This document shows, piece by piece, positions 26,433 to 39,786 of a DNA stretch of 64,000 nucleotides. Every line of letters starts with the position of its first letter. The stretch's first letter is position 1. The notes under the pieces were generated by a model that saw only the letters and a list, made by a program, of their open reading frames with translations, made no database searches and was not told where the DNA came from. The stretch is from Callorhinchus milii (taxonomy: Eukaryota), in the NCBI RefSeq assembly GCF_018977255.1, contig NW_024704742.1, positions 22,508,001 through 22,572,000 of the forward strand. Reading direction: 5' to 3'. Made by a program: the position numbers and the translations under genes.

Positions 26433-28904
26433 ATGTAAGCAGGATTCTAATGAATATTATTCAGGGACGTATTCCGAAGAATGGAGTTAACAAATGTTTA
26501 TCTGCTCGATGTAGTCTGTTGTTGATCATTACACTTTTAACATAAGGAAGCATTTCTCCAGCCACTGAGCCCCATAAGATCCACGAACACTCATTTTTAT
26601 TACGATGCAAGCAGGTCAGGTCAACATATTTTAGGGGGAAATGCGACATGTGAAGTGATAATTATCACAGGTGCTACTGATCGTACACACATATAAGATT
26701 TACTTCCTTCTCCCCTAATTTTTTTAGGTTTGAAAATAAATTTTAGTGAGAACACTTAATAAACTGAGTGTTTTGTATTATTAACTTGGAGGTTAAAAAT
26801 AATAGTAATGATAATCCTTACACTTGGTCTAGCACCTTTCATGTCGGAAGGATGTCTCAAAGTCCATCATGCATGTACTGTGAAGTGTAATGACTGTATT
26901 TTACCAGTGAAAATGCATGTATTCCATAGAGGTATCTTTAGTGGACAACTGGCAGAGTTGAGTGGAATGCTCCATGCAAATTGTATTCCCAAACCATTTT
27001 TTTTATCAGCAGAGACCTAGTCATTAACTTGTGCCAACAACAACGGACTTCCATTAGCTACAGTGTATATATTTCCAACAACCCATAGGGAAAGTCATTT
27101 AACAGATGTCTTTGTTTATACTGTGAGGTTTAAGTTCAATTTCACTTGACCTCCAGACTCTCCCATTTACTACTACTATAACTGAATTTGCCTATCATAA
27201 AGTCACTACACTTGATAGCAATTACTTGTATAACACTTTCAAATATTTGAAACTTAGTAAAACACTACAAAATTGCCCGTTCCAAGAATAATAGATGTTC
27301 ACCATACATTACACTAAATCCTGAGAAAGGCTTTGAGACACCTTCCAAATATGAAAGACACGATATCAAATGTAAGGAATATTTATTATTTAATTAATTT
27401 TAACTTGCAAGTGGAAGCATTTGAAATGTTTGGGGTTGAAGTGTGGTGCAAGCCAGAGAGAAGTTGTGCCTAGTTGTGTGGCGTTGCATGAATGTACATG
27501 CTACACTGTCCCCCCATCCCCCATGAAAAAGTGGCCAGCACACACTTAGATCATATAATGTTATGATCTGACTATAGGGTGAAAAATATGATGGTCCATA
27601 AGTGATCAATCTGTTGTGAAACAGTGCACTTTAACCCCACATTTGCTGGAATAGCTTTGCATATACAGTAGGAAGTAAGCAGAGAGGCTTCTACTCTCTA
27701 GCTATGTTCCACCATAATGTCTTTGCTGTGACAGGGTTCAACCACGCTCGGGGGGAGGGTGGGAGGTGACCATAACACGGCCAAAGAAGTGGGTATTAAG
27801 GTAGAATTTGAAGATAGATTGTGAGGGGAGAGCAGGGCTGAGGGATCGAGTAGATATTTTCAAAGTATAGCTTTTTAAATACGCACCGCACTGGTATCCC
27901 TTATTTTGATAAACATACAGCCACAAAAGAAATCAACCCAAACTATTTTTTTAAAGATTCATTAAGATTGGCCATTGGCTTGGCATATTATGTTTTTTTT
28001 TCGAGCTGCAAAATCTCCATTGTAGACCTATGAGGAAGAGTTAAATACAGTACAACCTGTTGTGATAATTTTACTACATTTGCAATTTCAAGGAAGACCA
28101 ATTGCAAAAATTGGATAGATCTTTTGATATGGAATAAACTGACCTGGATAATTATTTTGATTTGTTGCTAAACGTACATAGTTGTAGCTCAGTTTCTTTG
28201 TTTATTTATATATGCAGCTGATCTTTTATGTGCAGCTGATTCCTGATAAGCATAAATAAATTTGCCATGAATTATTTGGCTTAAATAAGGAGGTCTATGC
28301 GATGGGAAAAATGGACGATGGTATCCAAATCTGGTAATGATTAGGGTTCCTGTTTTTTATAGTGAGTACAAGCAAACAATTGTTAATACCATCCCTGAAG
28401 TTTCTAAGTTCTTTAACTGTATCCAATCAATGAAGCAAAACCACTAGCTGCTTGAATTTTGTATTGCCTAAAAAGAAAGTTTTTTTTTTAATTGATGCCT
28501 TTCTGCCCTTTTCCTTTTGCAACCATTACCAACATGTGGGGAGATTTTCAAAAATAAATGATCATCTTCTTTTGACTTTCAGTATTTTGCTAAGTTTGAT
28601 TCAAACAACTGGTATCAAGCGGAACAAATTGGAGGTACTGTAGTTATGATGAGTCTTTTCCCAAAATCCACGTAGAATATTTAATGGTCTGCAACTGACT
28701 TAGTCACTTTGCTGTGATCTGAAGCTCTTATCAGAAAGTTGACAGAGGCATGATAGTAACAATTGCAAAGATCATACAGATTTACAGATTTGGAATAAAG
28801 CATAATTGAAGGGCAATATTCACTTTAATTTGTTGCTAAAAGTACATAGATGTAGTTTGGTTTCTTTTTCATTTATCTTTTCCTGTGATTTTCTACCATA
28901 ATGT

Positions 28905-29222
28905 AACAATAATCATTGTATTTGGTACAGTGCCATTCACGTCAGGAGGGTATAACAAAGCTCTCCACAGGATTTACTGTAACGTGTAGAGACTGACAAA
29001 CAGTCCCACAAACAGCAATGAAGCGAATGACCAATTTTATTTGGAGGATTATTGGATAGGACACTGAGAGAAATACCTTTCACATCACGAATAGCATCAT
29101 AGAATCTTTAAAGTCCACCAGGACGGACAGATGGAAGCTCAGTTTATTATCTCATCTGAATGACACCACTTCCAACAATGCAGCAGACCCCCAGTACCGC
29201 ACTGGAGTGTTAGCCTAGATTA
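28905..29222 (-). mobile_element. Deu-domain SINE family A
   Basis: Core and tail homology. Confidence 0.72.
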
Positions 29223-29369
29223 TATGAGTTATGACTATAATGGGTGCAATTTAGCTGCTGAGGAACATGGAACAGGACTGTTGAACATCTGACTTTGCCT
29301 CTTCCCTGGTTGGATCTTAAGCAGATTGGTGAGATGGAGCTGAATGAACTTTACATAGGAATGGTCACT

Positions 29370-29700
29370 GTGACATAAATGGGCTTCCCAGGCCCTAGAG
29401 GCAGTGCAAAGGAGAGTGATGAGGATGATGCCTAGTGTTAGAGGAATGAGCTATGAGCAACAATTAGACAAGCTGTGGCATTTCAGTCTTGAGATAATAT
29501 GTCTTAAGAGGGGAAAATGTAAAGTTGTGTAACATTTTAAATGGGATTGAAAAACTAAATCCAGAATTTAGACAATGCTTAGAATGCACTGAGACAGTAG
29601 AATAAGAGGACCCAGGTTTAGAGTTGCGAAGGTCAATTTCGAAACTGATACCAGGAAGTATCTCTTCACCCAGAGGGTAATTAACAACTGGAATAGGTTG
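29370..29700 (+). mobile_element. CR1 LINE 3' fragment
   Basis: ALEAVQRR..RMMP..RGMSYE-like coding remnant; ttcacccagagggtaattaac. Confidence 0.75.
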
Positions 29701-30584
29701 TGTGTGAAATGGCTACCTTGAAATATACTATGTGCCACGTGAAAGCTATGTATACCACATTTATATACAAAAGACCTCAGTGTTCCATTCCATAGTCCTA
29801 ACCTTCCTTGCTTTGATTAGCACAAAAACTTATAAATTGAATTTAACCATTGCTTTGTGATTTCTCTCCCCTCCACACTCACAGAGCTCCTCAGTATGAG
29901 AACATAGGTAGGCAAAAAACCTGCTCTTAGACATATCGGCTTTCTGCTAGGAGGTGCTTGAGAGTGACCTGGACTGAAGAAAGTCTCTGGCATTTCCCTC
30001 CTATTAGATTCAGCTCAGACCATGCACATTCTCAAGCACCAACACAGGAATCAGAGTACTTCACCACCACTTTCAAACTGCGCTTTATTTAACAATACAT
30101 AATTCTCTGTCTTTTACGCACAAAGAACAGCGTTTTTTTTAACTTTCACCGTGTGTGGAGAGAAAAAGTCACACTGCCTTTGAAGTTGAAGCTCCTGCAA
30201 ACAGGAGCTTTCAAAGCTGGAGGAGCAGTATTAATACTGAAGTTTCTTTGCTGACATAGAAACGTTCAGCAGCAGTGGCACATGATGTCTGAGCTGTTTC
30301 TTCAGGCCTCCAGAGTCCTGCTGGAATCTTTGACCTACAGCTGCACTGGCTCTGTGGTTGGCAAAAATACTTTTCCCACCGAGTTTTTTTCTCCCTGTTC
30401 TTAGACTTTTACTTTAACTCTCGCAACACTAAAACAAGGGTTGTTACAAATGGAGAATGACTTTGAGTATGCAAAGAACGACTCCTTCCAGAAACTAGAG
30501 GTACATCTCGTCACCCCGTGGGAACTTTGCTCTGGAATTATATCGCAGCAGTGAGGAATTCTGGTACTAGGCCTGACATACATC

Positions 30585-30726
30585 CCCTCGCTCCCTCCCT
30601 TCCCTTCCCTCACCCTAACCATTTCCCCCCTGCTCGGGTCCCGACCCAACTGTCCAGCGCCTTGGGACGTCCTCCCGACGTGAAAGGCGCTCTATAAATG
30701 CAATCATGTTGTTGTTGTTGTTGTTG
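30585..30726 (+). mobile_element. L2 3' UTR/tail fragment
   Basis: Near-identical to 25850-25990. Confidence 0.85.
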
Positions 30727-30739
30727 TGTTGAAAGAATT

Positions 30740-31055
30740 AAGCTCAGAATCTAGGTTGACACACAAGTGCAGTCCTCGGGGAGTGCTGTGTTGTCAGAGA
30801 TACTGTTCACCTGTCCAGGTGGACATTAAAGATTCCATAGCACTATTTGAAAAGAGATGAGAGTTCCTCCCAGCATCCTGGCCACAACAAACCCCAAATA
30901 AAATTGGTCACTCATTTTATAACTGCTTGTAGGATACTGCTGGTCGCAAATTGGCAGCTGCGTTCGCCTACCAATGGACAGTAATTTCACTTTGCCGTAA
31001 TTCCTGTGAAGCGCTTTGAGATCTTTGGATTACGTGATGAGGCTCTGTATCAAAT
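30740..31055 (+). mobile_element. Deu-domain SINE family A
   Basis: caggtggacattaaagattccatagcactatttgaa core. Confidence 0.75.
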
Positions 31056-33279
31056 ACAGAGCCTTGGAATGTCCTCCTGATGTGAAAGGCGCTATATAAA
31101 TGTAATTTGTTGTTTTATTATAATTATACCATCAATCAAGTTTTTCACCAATTCCCTCTTGAATTTATTGTTCCAAACTGCCTCCTTCGAGTTGTCTACT
31201 TCACACATTCAGCACTTTGCACAAAGCAGTTCCATCTGCCCTGTCTAGCTCTCCGGATTGTTTCAGACTCTACCAATTTAGATTTCTCGATTTGCAGTTT
31301 TACAAATCTCCCAATTTGATAATTGCTCATTTCAACTAAAGAGGCAAATCCAGTTTAAGAATTCTACACTTTTAAACCCTATTATCTGAAAAACACAAGA
31401 ATTTGTTTAGTTTATTAAATTGCCTCAACACTGTTAGGCCCTACATTTTGATTTCACCACATCTCCTCCCCCTCCTCCCTTGGAGGTATGTGATCTCTTA
31501 CATTGTTTACACTCCCCAGCCCCCCACCACCCCGTCACCCCACGCCCCCACCCCCACCCGCAGTTCATATGACAGGATTGTCTTTTTTCTCCCCTGCCAA
31601 TTTTCTCAAAGTGCAAATGCAACAAAATAAATCAGTATGATGTATTCCAGTCCATAAGACATTCTGTGTCATCAACAGGCAATTTGCTTTGGATTATAAA
31701 CTGTAACGTCATGGTTTGCTTATGAAATTAAGAGAATAAAATAACTAAATACTTTGCTAGCTGACAATGTCCCCTTTTTTGGTTGTGAAGAGTCCACAAA
31801 CTGATTTATCCCACAAAAGTGTTGGATTGTTCAGGTTTTAATGAATAAACTCAATATTCTGTCTTTGAATAGTCTCTTCCAAATGAGATTACAAAAAGAT
31901 CTTGATTACTTTTCATGATATAACTTTTTTTTTGCTAAGTTTGAGGTTTCATTATATATTAAAAATATGCCGCGTTGAAATATATGCATTCAAAAAATTC
32001 TCTTGAATTGGCTTCCATTTTCAACCCATTTCTGCACTTTCATCCTTCACTTCTTCACTGATAGTTTTCTTCTTTTCTTTCTCATTCCTTACATCATTTG
32101 TCCCTCTTCTCCCACTGAACCTTGTTGTCTTTCTCACTTCCTTACTAAGTTAACATCCCTCCAGAATGACTGGGATCCTAGATTGCATCTTTGCTGAGAA
32201 ACGAAAAGTCACTTGCGTCTGCTATCATGTAAACACTGCGATGAATGAGTACTGAGCTTTGGCAGACACACAGAAGATCAGAGATGTAACTGTCTGAAAA
32301 GCAATATTGTGGGTGGGACTGCAGATCTCTGAATGTCAGAACATCTGTGCACAATCATTTTGTGGGAATTTCACATCTTGGATATGAGGCACCTAAAGAA
32401 ACATGTTGCATAACCCAGTATAGAACTCATGGAGTTATAAGGCTGTAGGTCAAATGAGTAGCTCTGATGATGTTAGTCAACTGTGGGAGCAAGGTCTAGG
32501 TGGTTAGTGAGACATCATTACAGGCTTCAACTCACGGCCAGACATTGTTATTCTTTGTATTATACAGTCTGGATTTTTTTTTCTTAAGTAACATACATTT
32601 TTTTGCGTGTATTTTACCGCTTGCCTGCGACATGCTGAGTGTGTGGCATAGACGACAGTTTAATGAAATTACTGGTGACATAGGAGCCGCGGTAAGTGGG
32701 AGACGTGGTACCACACCATATTATTACCAGATGACTTTCAAGAGGAAAATTGTACTAAAGATCAACATGAGGGATGACCTGACTTTGAATAAAGGATTAC
32801 ACAGTTTTCTGTACAACGTTATTTGACTTTGTATAAGGTGTTGATACGGTACATAGTTGCTTGATTTTATAAGAAGAATTGCTTGACTTTACCGTTCAGT
32901 TATTCATTCTCACAGCGAAACCTACACGTTGTCAAAATGCCATGTGTGAGGCTGCTTCGCATTAGTACTATGGGAAACTTCTGCATTTCATTTCTAGTCC
33001 CTATGGATTTCAGTAAAGCATGCCGGGTGATCACTGCTACATTCCACTCTGTGTTGCAGTATTTTCAGGTTTATGACTTTGCAAGTCAAAGCTGACTTCA
33101 GCTTATAAAAAAACAACTCATAAGAAGCCTGTTTACTAATCATAGTTTTGATTTCCACAATCACCCTGCAAGAAATTTTAATCAAAATGCTCAGTCTTCG
33201 CATCTTAGAAAAATACAGTTGATTCAGTTGTACATTTCGAACTGACTTGTCAACGAATTTGGGGATTGTTATTATTTAT

Positions 33280-33688
33280 CAGAAGATTATGGGTTCAAAC
33301 CCCACATCAGGACTTTGAACTCACATCGCCTAGACTGACGCTACATTGCAGCGCTGGAGGAATGCTGCAATGTTGGAAGTCCTGTCCTTTGGATAAGAAG
33401 TTAAACCAAGTTAAACAAGTCTGCCTGTTTGGATCTCACTGCACTATTCAAAAAGAGAAGGGAGTTTCTCCCTGTGTCCTGGCCAATAATCCTCCAAATA
33501 AAATTGATTACTCAATTCATGGCTGTTTGTGGGTCATTGCTGTGCGTAAATTGTCTCATATGTTCGCCTACAAACACGTTCGCCTACAAACACGGTCACA
33601 ATATTTCACAGTAAAATCTTGTGAAGCAATTTGATACGTCTCAACGACGTGATAAGATGCAGTATCAGATGGAAGGATTATTATTATT
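33280..33688 (+). mobile_element. Deu-domain SINE family A
   Basis: B box, core and tail; internal 16-bp tandem duplication gttcgcctacaaacac. Confidence 0.8.
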
Positions 33689-35624
33689 GACTGCATATCA
33701 AGCTGTTCTATGTTGAAGGCAAAGAGTCTCCCAAACTCCTAGCCCAAGCAATTAATAATAATAATAATAATCCTCGCATTTGATATAGCGCCTTATCACA
33801 TCTTCGAGACGTCTCAAAGCGCTTCACAGGATATACTGTAAAGTAAATTGACTGCATACTCTGTGGGTGAAATACTGTATAAATTCACACACTTAAAATT
33901 CGGCAGGAAAATTAGCTGTTTAGGAATCAGACTGAGGATAAGTATAAATTGAATTGATGGGATGTTGAACATGATGGCTGCTGGACTGCTGGTGTGTGGT
34001 AGGTTTGAGGCCAAGGAGAAAAGCTCCCACTGCTGAGGTTGAAAAGCACTTATTGGGGAAACAGCAACAGAAATAGTGCCTTGTATTGGATAAAAGTGCC
34101 TCAGGATATAAAGTCCATCTCCTTCAGAGAACTAAATGCATGTCATACCAGCGCATGAGAACTTGGCTCCAACCCAAGGTCACCTCAGAGCTGAGTTTTC
34201 GGGAGTTGCACCATGGACCTACTCTACTTGCATGAAACCACACTTTGCTTCCTGTGGGACTTTTTCCAGTGCAAGGAGCCATTTATGCTGCCAATGAGAA
34301 CTTTTTCCAATTCCAATATAGAATGTAAGGTTGGATATGTATTTTGGTTGCTATAGCATCGGGAACAGAAAGAAACCTTACAGAATATCCTCAGGACATG
34401 ACAGATAGGGTAGAGTCTGTTGTAAAGCTGGTTAGACATGATCCATCAAAATAAGGCCTTATTGGGCTAAAGTGCCTTTTTTCCTACCAATGTTCTCTTA
34501 TTTCAAACAAACCTAATCCAGGTTGGTGATGTCCAGGTGCCTGGATTTGTATCTAACCTAGCTGTTTTAACCACTGCTTGATAGTGCTACTTCCATATAA
34601 CTTCTGATCTCATCTTTTCAGAATATCCACCCTGCAAACCTTCTATTACATTACAGCATCAAGCTTTTTCTGAAATGAGTCCAGCATTCTGACCTTAGCT
34701 ACTCTTCCTGTCAACCCATTCCAGTTGTTAATTACCCTTTGGGTAAAAAAAAAGTTCCTGGTTTCTGTCCTGAAATTGCCCTCCTCAACCCTAAACTTGT
34801 GTTTGAGTTTAAACTTTTTAATCCCATTTAAAATTTGACAAACTTTCTAAACTTCCCAACCAGAGCAATATACATCTTGAATACAACTTCTGGCAATCTA
34901 CAATCCCTAACATCCCCCATCACAGCATCAACTTTATTAATGGACACCATTGCGTAAAATGTCCCAGGGTGTTACTAGTTTATGCCTAGTTATAGGTCTG
35001 CTACTGTCCTAATGCAATGTCAATTCAACTCCCACCAAAATGTGTGTATCTCATCCAGCCAAGACATTCGCACCACTATTAACACTCCCAACCAACAACA
35101 TTGAAACAGAAAGGAATTGATTAGAATGAGCAATGAGTAATGAAAGTGAAATGGACATGACTGGTCCTTTGCTACGTGTAGTTAGGATTGAACTATATGT
35201 GAACTGTAATTGTGCTTCAAACCTCACCCCAAAAAAATTAAACAAATATGCAAAAATGATTTATTATCCATTTCTTCTGTTTGTTTTTAAATCCGAAAGA
35301 AAAAAAATGTTTTGGCATTCAGAGGGAAGTGTTGTACTTGGCTGAATGCAACTTGCCTGTAAGATGTTAGAGAGTATCTAAAGTCCTTAACTGCACTTCA
35401 AGCAAAGTGATTCCCAGCTTTTCACTATCAGTGATGAGTAAGGATTTAGAGCCAACTGTTGGACACCAGTACACACCAGTATTTCACCAGAAAATCAATG
35501 CGTACAGGTTTTGCTATTTTCAAAATATCTTTATTTCCGATGTAACATTGTACAGTAGTTCACAACCTAACTCTTCCTCCATCACCTCGCCCCTAACACC
35601 ATCCTTCCCAATTGCAATAACTGC

Positions 35625-36008
35625 ATTATCAGAAGGTTGTGTGTTCAAGTTCCTCATTAGGACTCATATCATCTAGGCTGACACAATGCTTGAGGACCAT
35701 TGCAATGTCAGAGGTGCTGTACTTTGGATGAGAAGTTAATCCGAGGTCCTGTCTGCCTGTTCAAGTGATGTTAAAGATCTTGTGGTACTACGAGAATGGA
35801 AAAGAGAAGGGAGTTTCTCCCAACGTCCTGGTCAACAATACCCCAAATAAAGTCAGTCACTCACTTCATGGCGGTGCATAATTTGGCTGCACCATTTGCC
35901 TATTAAAAATACACAGTCATTACACCTTACAGTAAATCCTGTGAAGTGCTATGAGGTGTCCAACATAAAAGGCCCTATATCAAATGCAAGGATTATTATT
36001 ATTATTAT
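35625..36008 (+). mobile_element. Deu-domain SINE family A
   Basis: cagaggtgctg...ggatgagaagttaatccgagg core and (ATT)n tail. Confidence 0.8.
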
Positions 36009-36339
36009 CAGTGGTGGATACCTGATACTTTTTCCTTCAATTTGGAGAAAATAAATATGTTTAAATATGTCTATATTGTTGGTGAGTTTTGTGCTCATGA
36101 AAGTAAGGAATGAGTGCAGTGGATTGGGAGGCTATTTCCACTATTTGTCACCTACAGCCAGTATTGAGCATTAACAGGTCAGATATAATGCCAAGACAAA
36201 AGAGCTCTTCACCCCAACCTCAGAAAAAAAAACTCTAATGCTCTCATACGACTTCCGCAGCCTTGAAAATACACCAACTTTGTATATTGGTTGACGCATT
36301 TGGCCCACAAAATATACACCCAAGCTGAAGGTTGGGATC

Positions 36340-36665
36340 AGAGAGGGGTGGAGAGCGAGCAGGGTGGAGGGAAAATGACCAAAGGCGTGATCGAAAAGAA
36401 AGGTTTTTTCGAGACGCGCATTGAAAGAGACTCCAGGATGGAGTTCCAGAGAATGGGGACAGACAGATTAAAGGCCCGATGCGATAGTGGAGCAGGCAGG
36501 GAAGGCAGGGTAAGCGAAGCAGGCCAGTGTCTGCAGAGTGGAGAGAGCAGTCAGGATTGTGAAACTTTAATGGGTCGCAGAGCTAGGGAGGAGCAAGATT
36601 GTAGAGGGCTTTAAATGCGAGGACAAGGTTCATGAACTCAAACCTCTGGGGGATGGGGAGCCAGA
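36340..36665 (-). mobile_element. L2 LINE 3' fragment adjacent to the Penelope insertion
   Basis: gagttccagag...gagggctttaaa...ggggatggggagccag, as in 6560-6830. Confidence 0.7.
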
Positions 36666-36785
36666 TAGAGTCGCATATGACTGAAAAAAGCACAAAATAC
36701 TGCAGATGCTGGAAATCTGAAACAAAAACAGAGAGAGCTGGGAAAACTCAGCAGGTCAGGCAGCATCTATGGAAAAAGGAAAGTG

Positions 36786-36822
36786 AGTCAACGTTTCAGG
36801 TCCACGACCCTTCGTCAGAACT
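36786..36822 (-). ncRNA. Minimal type I hammerhead ribozyme motif (Penelope 3' end)
   Basis: Minus strand reads AGUU-CUGACGA-A-GGGUC-GUG-GACCU-GAAA-CG-UU-GACU: catalytic core, stem II, palindromic stem III and stem I. Confidence 0.75.
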
Positions 36823-39749
36823 GAGGTACGTGGGGAGGGAGAGACTGTGAATGGGAATGTGAGTTAAAATGGCAGGAGACCGGAAGATCAGGGTTGACCT
36901 TGCGTACAAAACGGAGGTGTTCTGCAAATCGGTCACCCAATCTGCACTTAGTTTCCTCAATATAGAGGAGACCACACTGTGAGCAGCGGATACAGTATAC
37001 TGCATTGGTGGTACTACATGTAAACCACTGTCTTACATGGAAGCTGTGTTTGGGGCCTTGGATAGTGGTCTGGGAGGAGATGAAAGGGCAGGTATTATAT
37101 CTTCTGCGCTGGCCTGGGAAGGTGTCAGAGGCAGGAGAGCAGCCGGTAGTGCTGACAGCGGAATGAATGAAGGAATCCCGGAGGGAACGATCCCTTTGGA
37201 ATGCGGAGAGGGGAGGAGAGGGAAATATGTGTTCGGTGGATGAATCACGTTGGAGCTGCCGGAAATGTCGGAGAATGATGTACTGAATTTTAAGGCTGGT
37301 GGGGTGGTAGGTGAGGGGGATGGGGGGGAACGGGGTGAGGGCAGAGGTGCGGGAAATAAGGCGGACAGGGTCAAGGGCCTTGGCTATTACTGACGATGGG
37401 AATCCTCGGTCAAGGAAACATGAGGGCATCTCGGTTGCTCTGGCGTGGAAGGTTGTATTGTCAGAGCAGATGTGGCGGAGGCAGAGGAACTCGGAAAATG
37501 GGATGGCATCTTTGCAGAAGGCTGGGTGGGATGAGGTGTAATCAAAGTAGCTGTAGGAGTTGGTGGGCTTATAGAAAATGTCAGTGGATAGTCTGTTACC
37601 TGACATGGAGATAGTGAAGTTGAGGAAGGGAAGAGTCAGAGATGGTCCATGTGAATTTTATGGAGGGGTGGAAGGTGGAAACAAAATTTATAGATGCTTC
37701 TACCTCACTGCAAGAGCAGGAAGCGGCACCGACACAGTCATTGATGTACCTGAGGAATAGGTCAGGGAGCGGACCTGAGTAGGACCGGAACAAGGAGTGT
37801 TCCAGGTGGCCAATAAACAGGCAGGCGTAGCTGGGATCCATCCGGGTTCCCTTAGCAACACGTTTTATTTGAAGGAAGTGGTTGGAATTGAATGTGAAGT
37901 TGTTCAATGTCAGAACAAGTTCAGCCAGACGGAGGAGCGTGGGAGCGTGGTGGTGATAGAGATTGGTTTTGCCATTGATCAGAGTGGAACCGGAGGGCCT
38001 GGAGGCCATCCTTGTGGGGGATGGAGGCGTAGAGGGACTGAACATCCATTGTGAAGAGGAGACGTTCAGGACCGGGGAACTGGAAATTGTCAAAGTGGTG
38101 GAGGGCGTCTGATGAGTCACGGATGTAGATGGGTAGGGATTGGACGAGGGGAGCAAAAATGGAGTCCAGATAAGACAAGATTAATTCGGTGGGACAGGAA
38201 CAGGCTGAGACAATGGGTCTACCAGGACAGTCCTGTTTGTGGATATTGGGAAGGAGGTACAGGCAAGTTGGCAGCTATTAGTTTGGAGGCTGTAGGAGGA
38301 AGGTCACCAGAGGAGATGAGATCAGGGAAGGTAAGAGGAGTTGTCAGAGAGTTGGCGTTTGTCCTCTGCCAGGTAGAGGTCCTTGCGCCAGACAATGACA
38401 GTGCCTCCCTTGTCAGCAGGTTTAACAACGATATCAGGGTTAGTCCTGAGGGAGTGGAGTGCAGCGCGTTCAGAGGGAGAGAGGTTTGAGTGGGAGAGGG
38501 GAGTGGAGAACTGGACACGGCCGATGTCACTCCAGCAGTTTTCAATGAACAGGTCGAGGAAGGGTAGGGAGCTTTGCGGTGGGGTCCAAGTGGAGTGGAA
38601 CTTTTGGAGACAGGAGAAGGGGTCCAATGTACGGGGGGAGGCAGCCTGGCCACAGAAGTGAGCACAGAGGCGGAGGTGGCGGAAGAAGCTCAGCATCATG
38701 CCGGGATCAAAATTCATTGAGGTGGGGGAGTAAGGGGATAAAGCTGAGGCCTTCACTGAGGACGGATCATTCGGGATCAGAAAGTGTGAGGTCAGAGGAA
38801 ATGATGAAGATGCGGCAGGGAGTGGGATTGGGGGGAGGGGTGGGGTCAGGAGAAGGCAAAGTGGGGGAGGCTTCAGGAGGTGGGTTGGCACCCAACAGTT
38901 GCTGCAGTTTGTGATCCTTGCCATCTAAAAGGAAAAGGAACAGTTTTTTGTTGAGGCGCCGAATGAGGCGATGGATGAAATAGAGTTGAGGATGAGGGCA
39001 GTTCTGAAATAAAGTGTGTCAGTGCTGCTGAAGGGAAAGTTTGAGTGTATGCATGTGATGTCGCATACTGGAGAGTGGATCTCATGATTAGGTATTACAT
39101 CTCTCCTTCCCCTGCACCTTCCCATGCCAGCGCAGGAGATGTAATACCTGCCTTTCACCTCCTCCCAGACTACTATCCAAGGCCCCAAACACAGCTTTCA
39201 TGTAAGACAGCGGTTTACATTTACTACCACCAATACAGTATACTGTATCCACTGCTCACGGTGTGGTCTCCTCTATATTGAGGAAACTAAGTGCAGATTG
39301 GGTGACTGATTTGCAGAACCGCTCAGTTTTGTACGCAAGGTCAACCCTGATCTTCCGGTCTCCTGCCATCTTAACCCAAACTCCCATTCACAGTCTGACC
39401 TCTCCATCCATGGTCTCCTAAGCTGTTCCAATGATCCACAGTGAAAACTTGAGGAACAGCATCTTATCTATCTGCTAGGGACCCTACAGCCCTCCGGCCT
39501 CAATATCGATTTCAGCCACTTCAGACCATAACATATCACCTTGCCCCCCCTCCCCCTCTTTCTGTTACCAGAAGAGTTACAATCATCACCCCAGACATCC
39601 ACCCCCCTTTTGTTTTACACCACTATCATCTCTTTAACCCATCAACTAACACATTCTCTTCTTTGTCTTTTTCTTGTCTTCTTTGTCTTCCTTGTCCTAC
39701 CTCCCCCTCTCAACTTGTCCTTAATAACCTCTCCCTCCCAACATGCCCC

Positions 39750-39786
39750 AGTTCTGACGAAGGGTTGTGGACCCGAAACGTTGACT
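39750..39786 (+). ncRNA. Minimal type I hammerhead ribozyme motif (Penelope inverted arm)
   Basis: Plus strand reads AGUU-CUGACGA-A-GGGUU-GUG-GACCC-GAAA-CG-UU-GACU. Confidence 0.75.
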
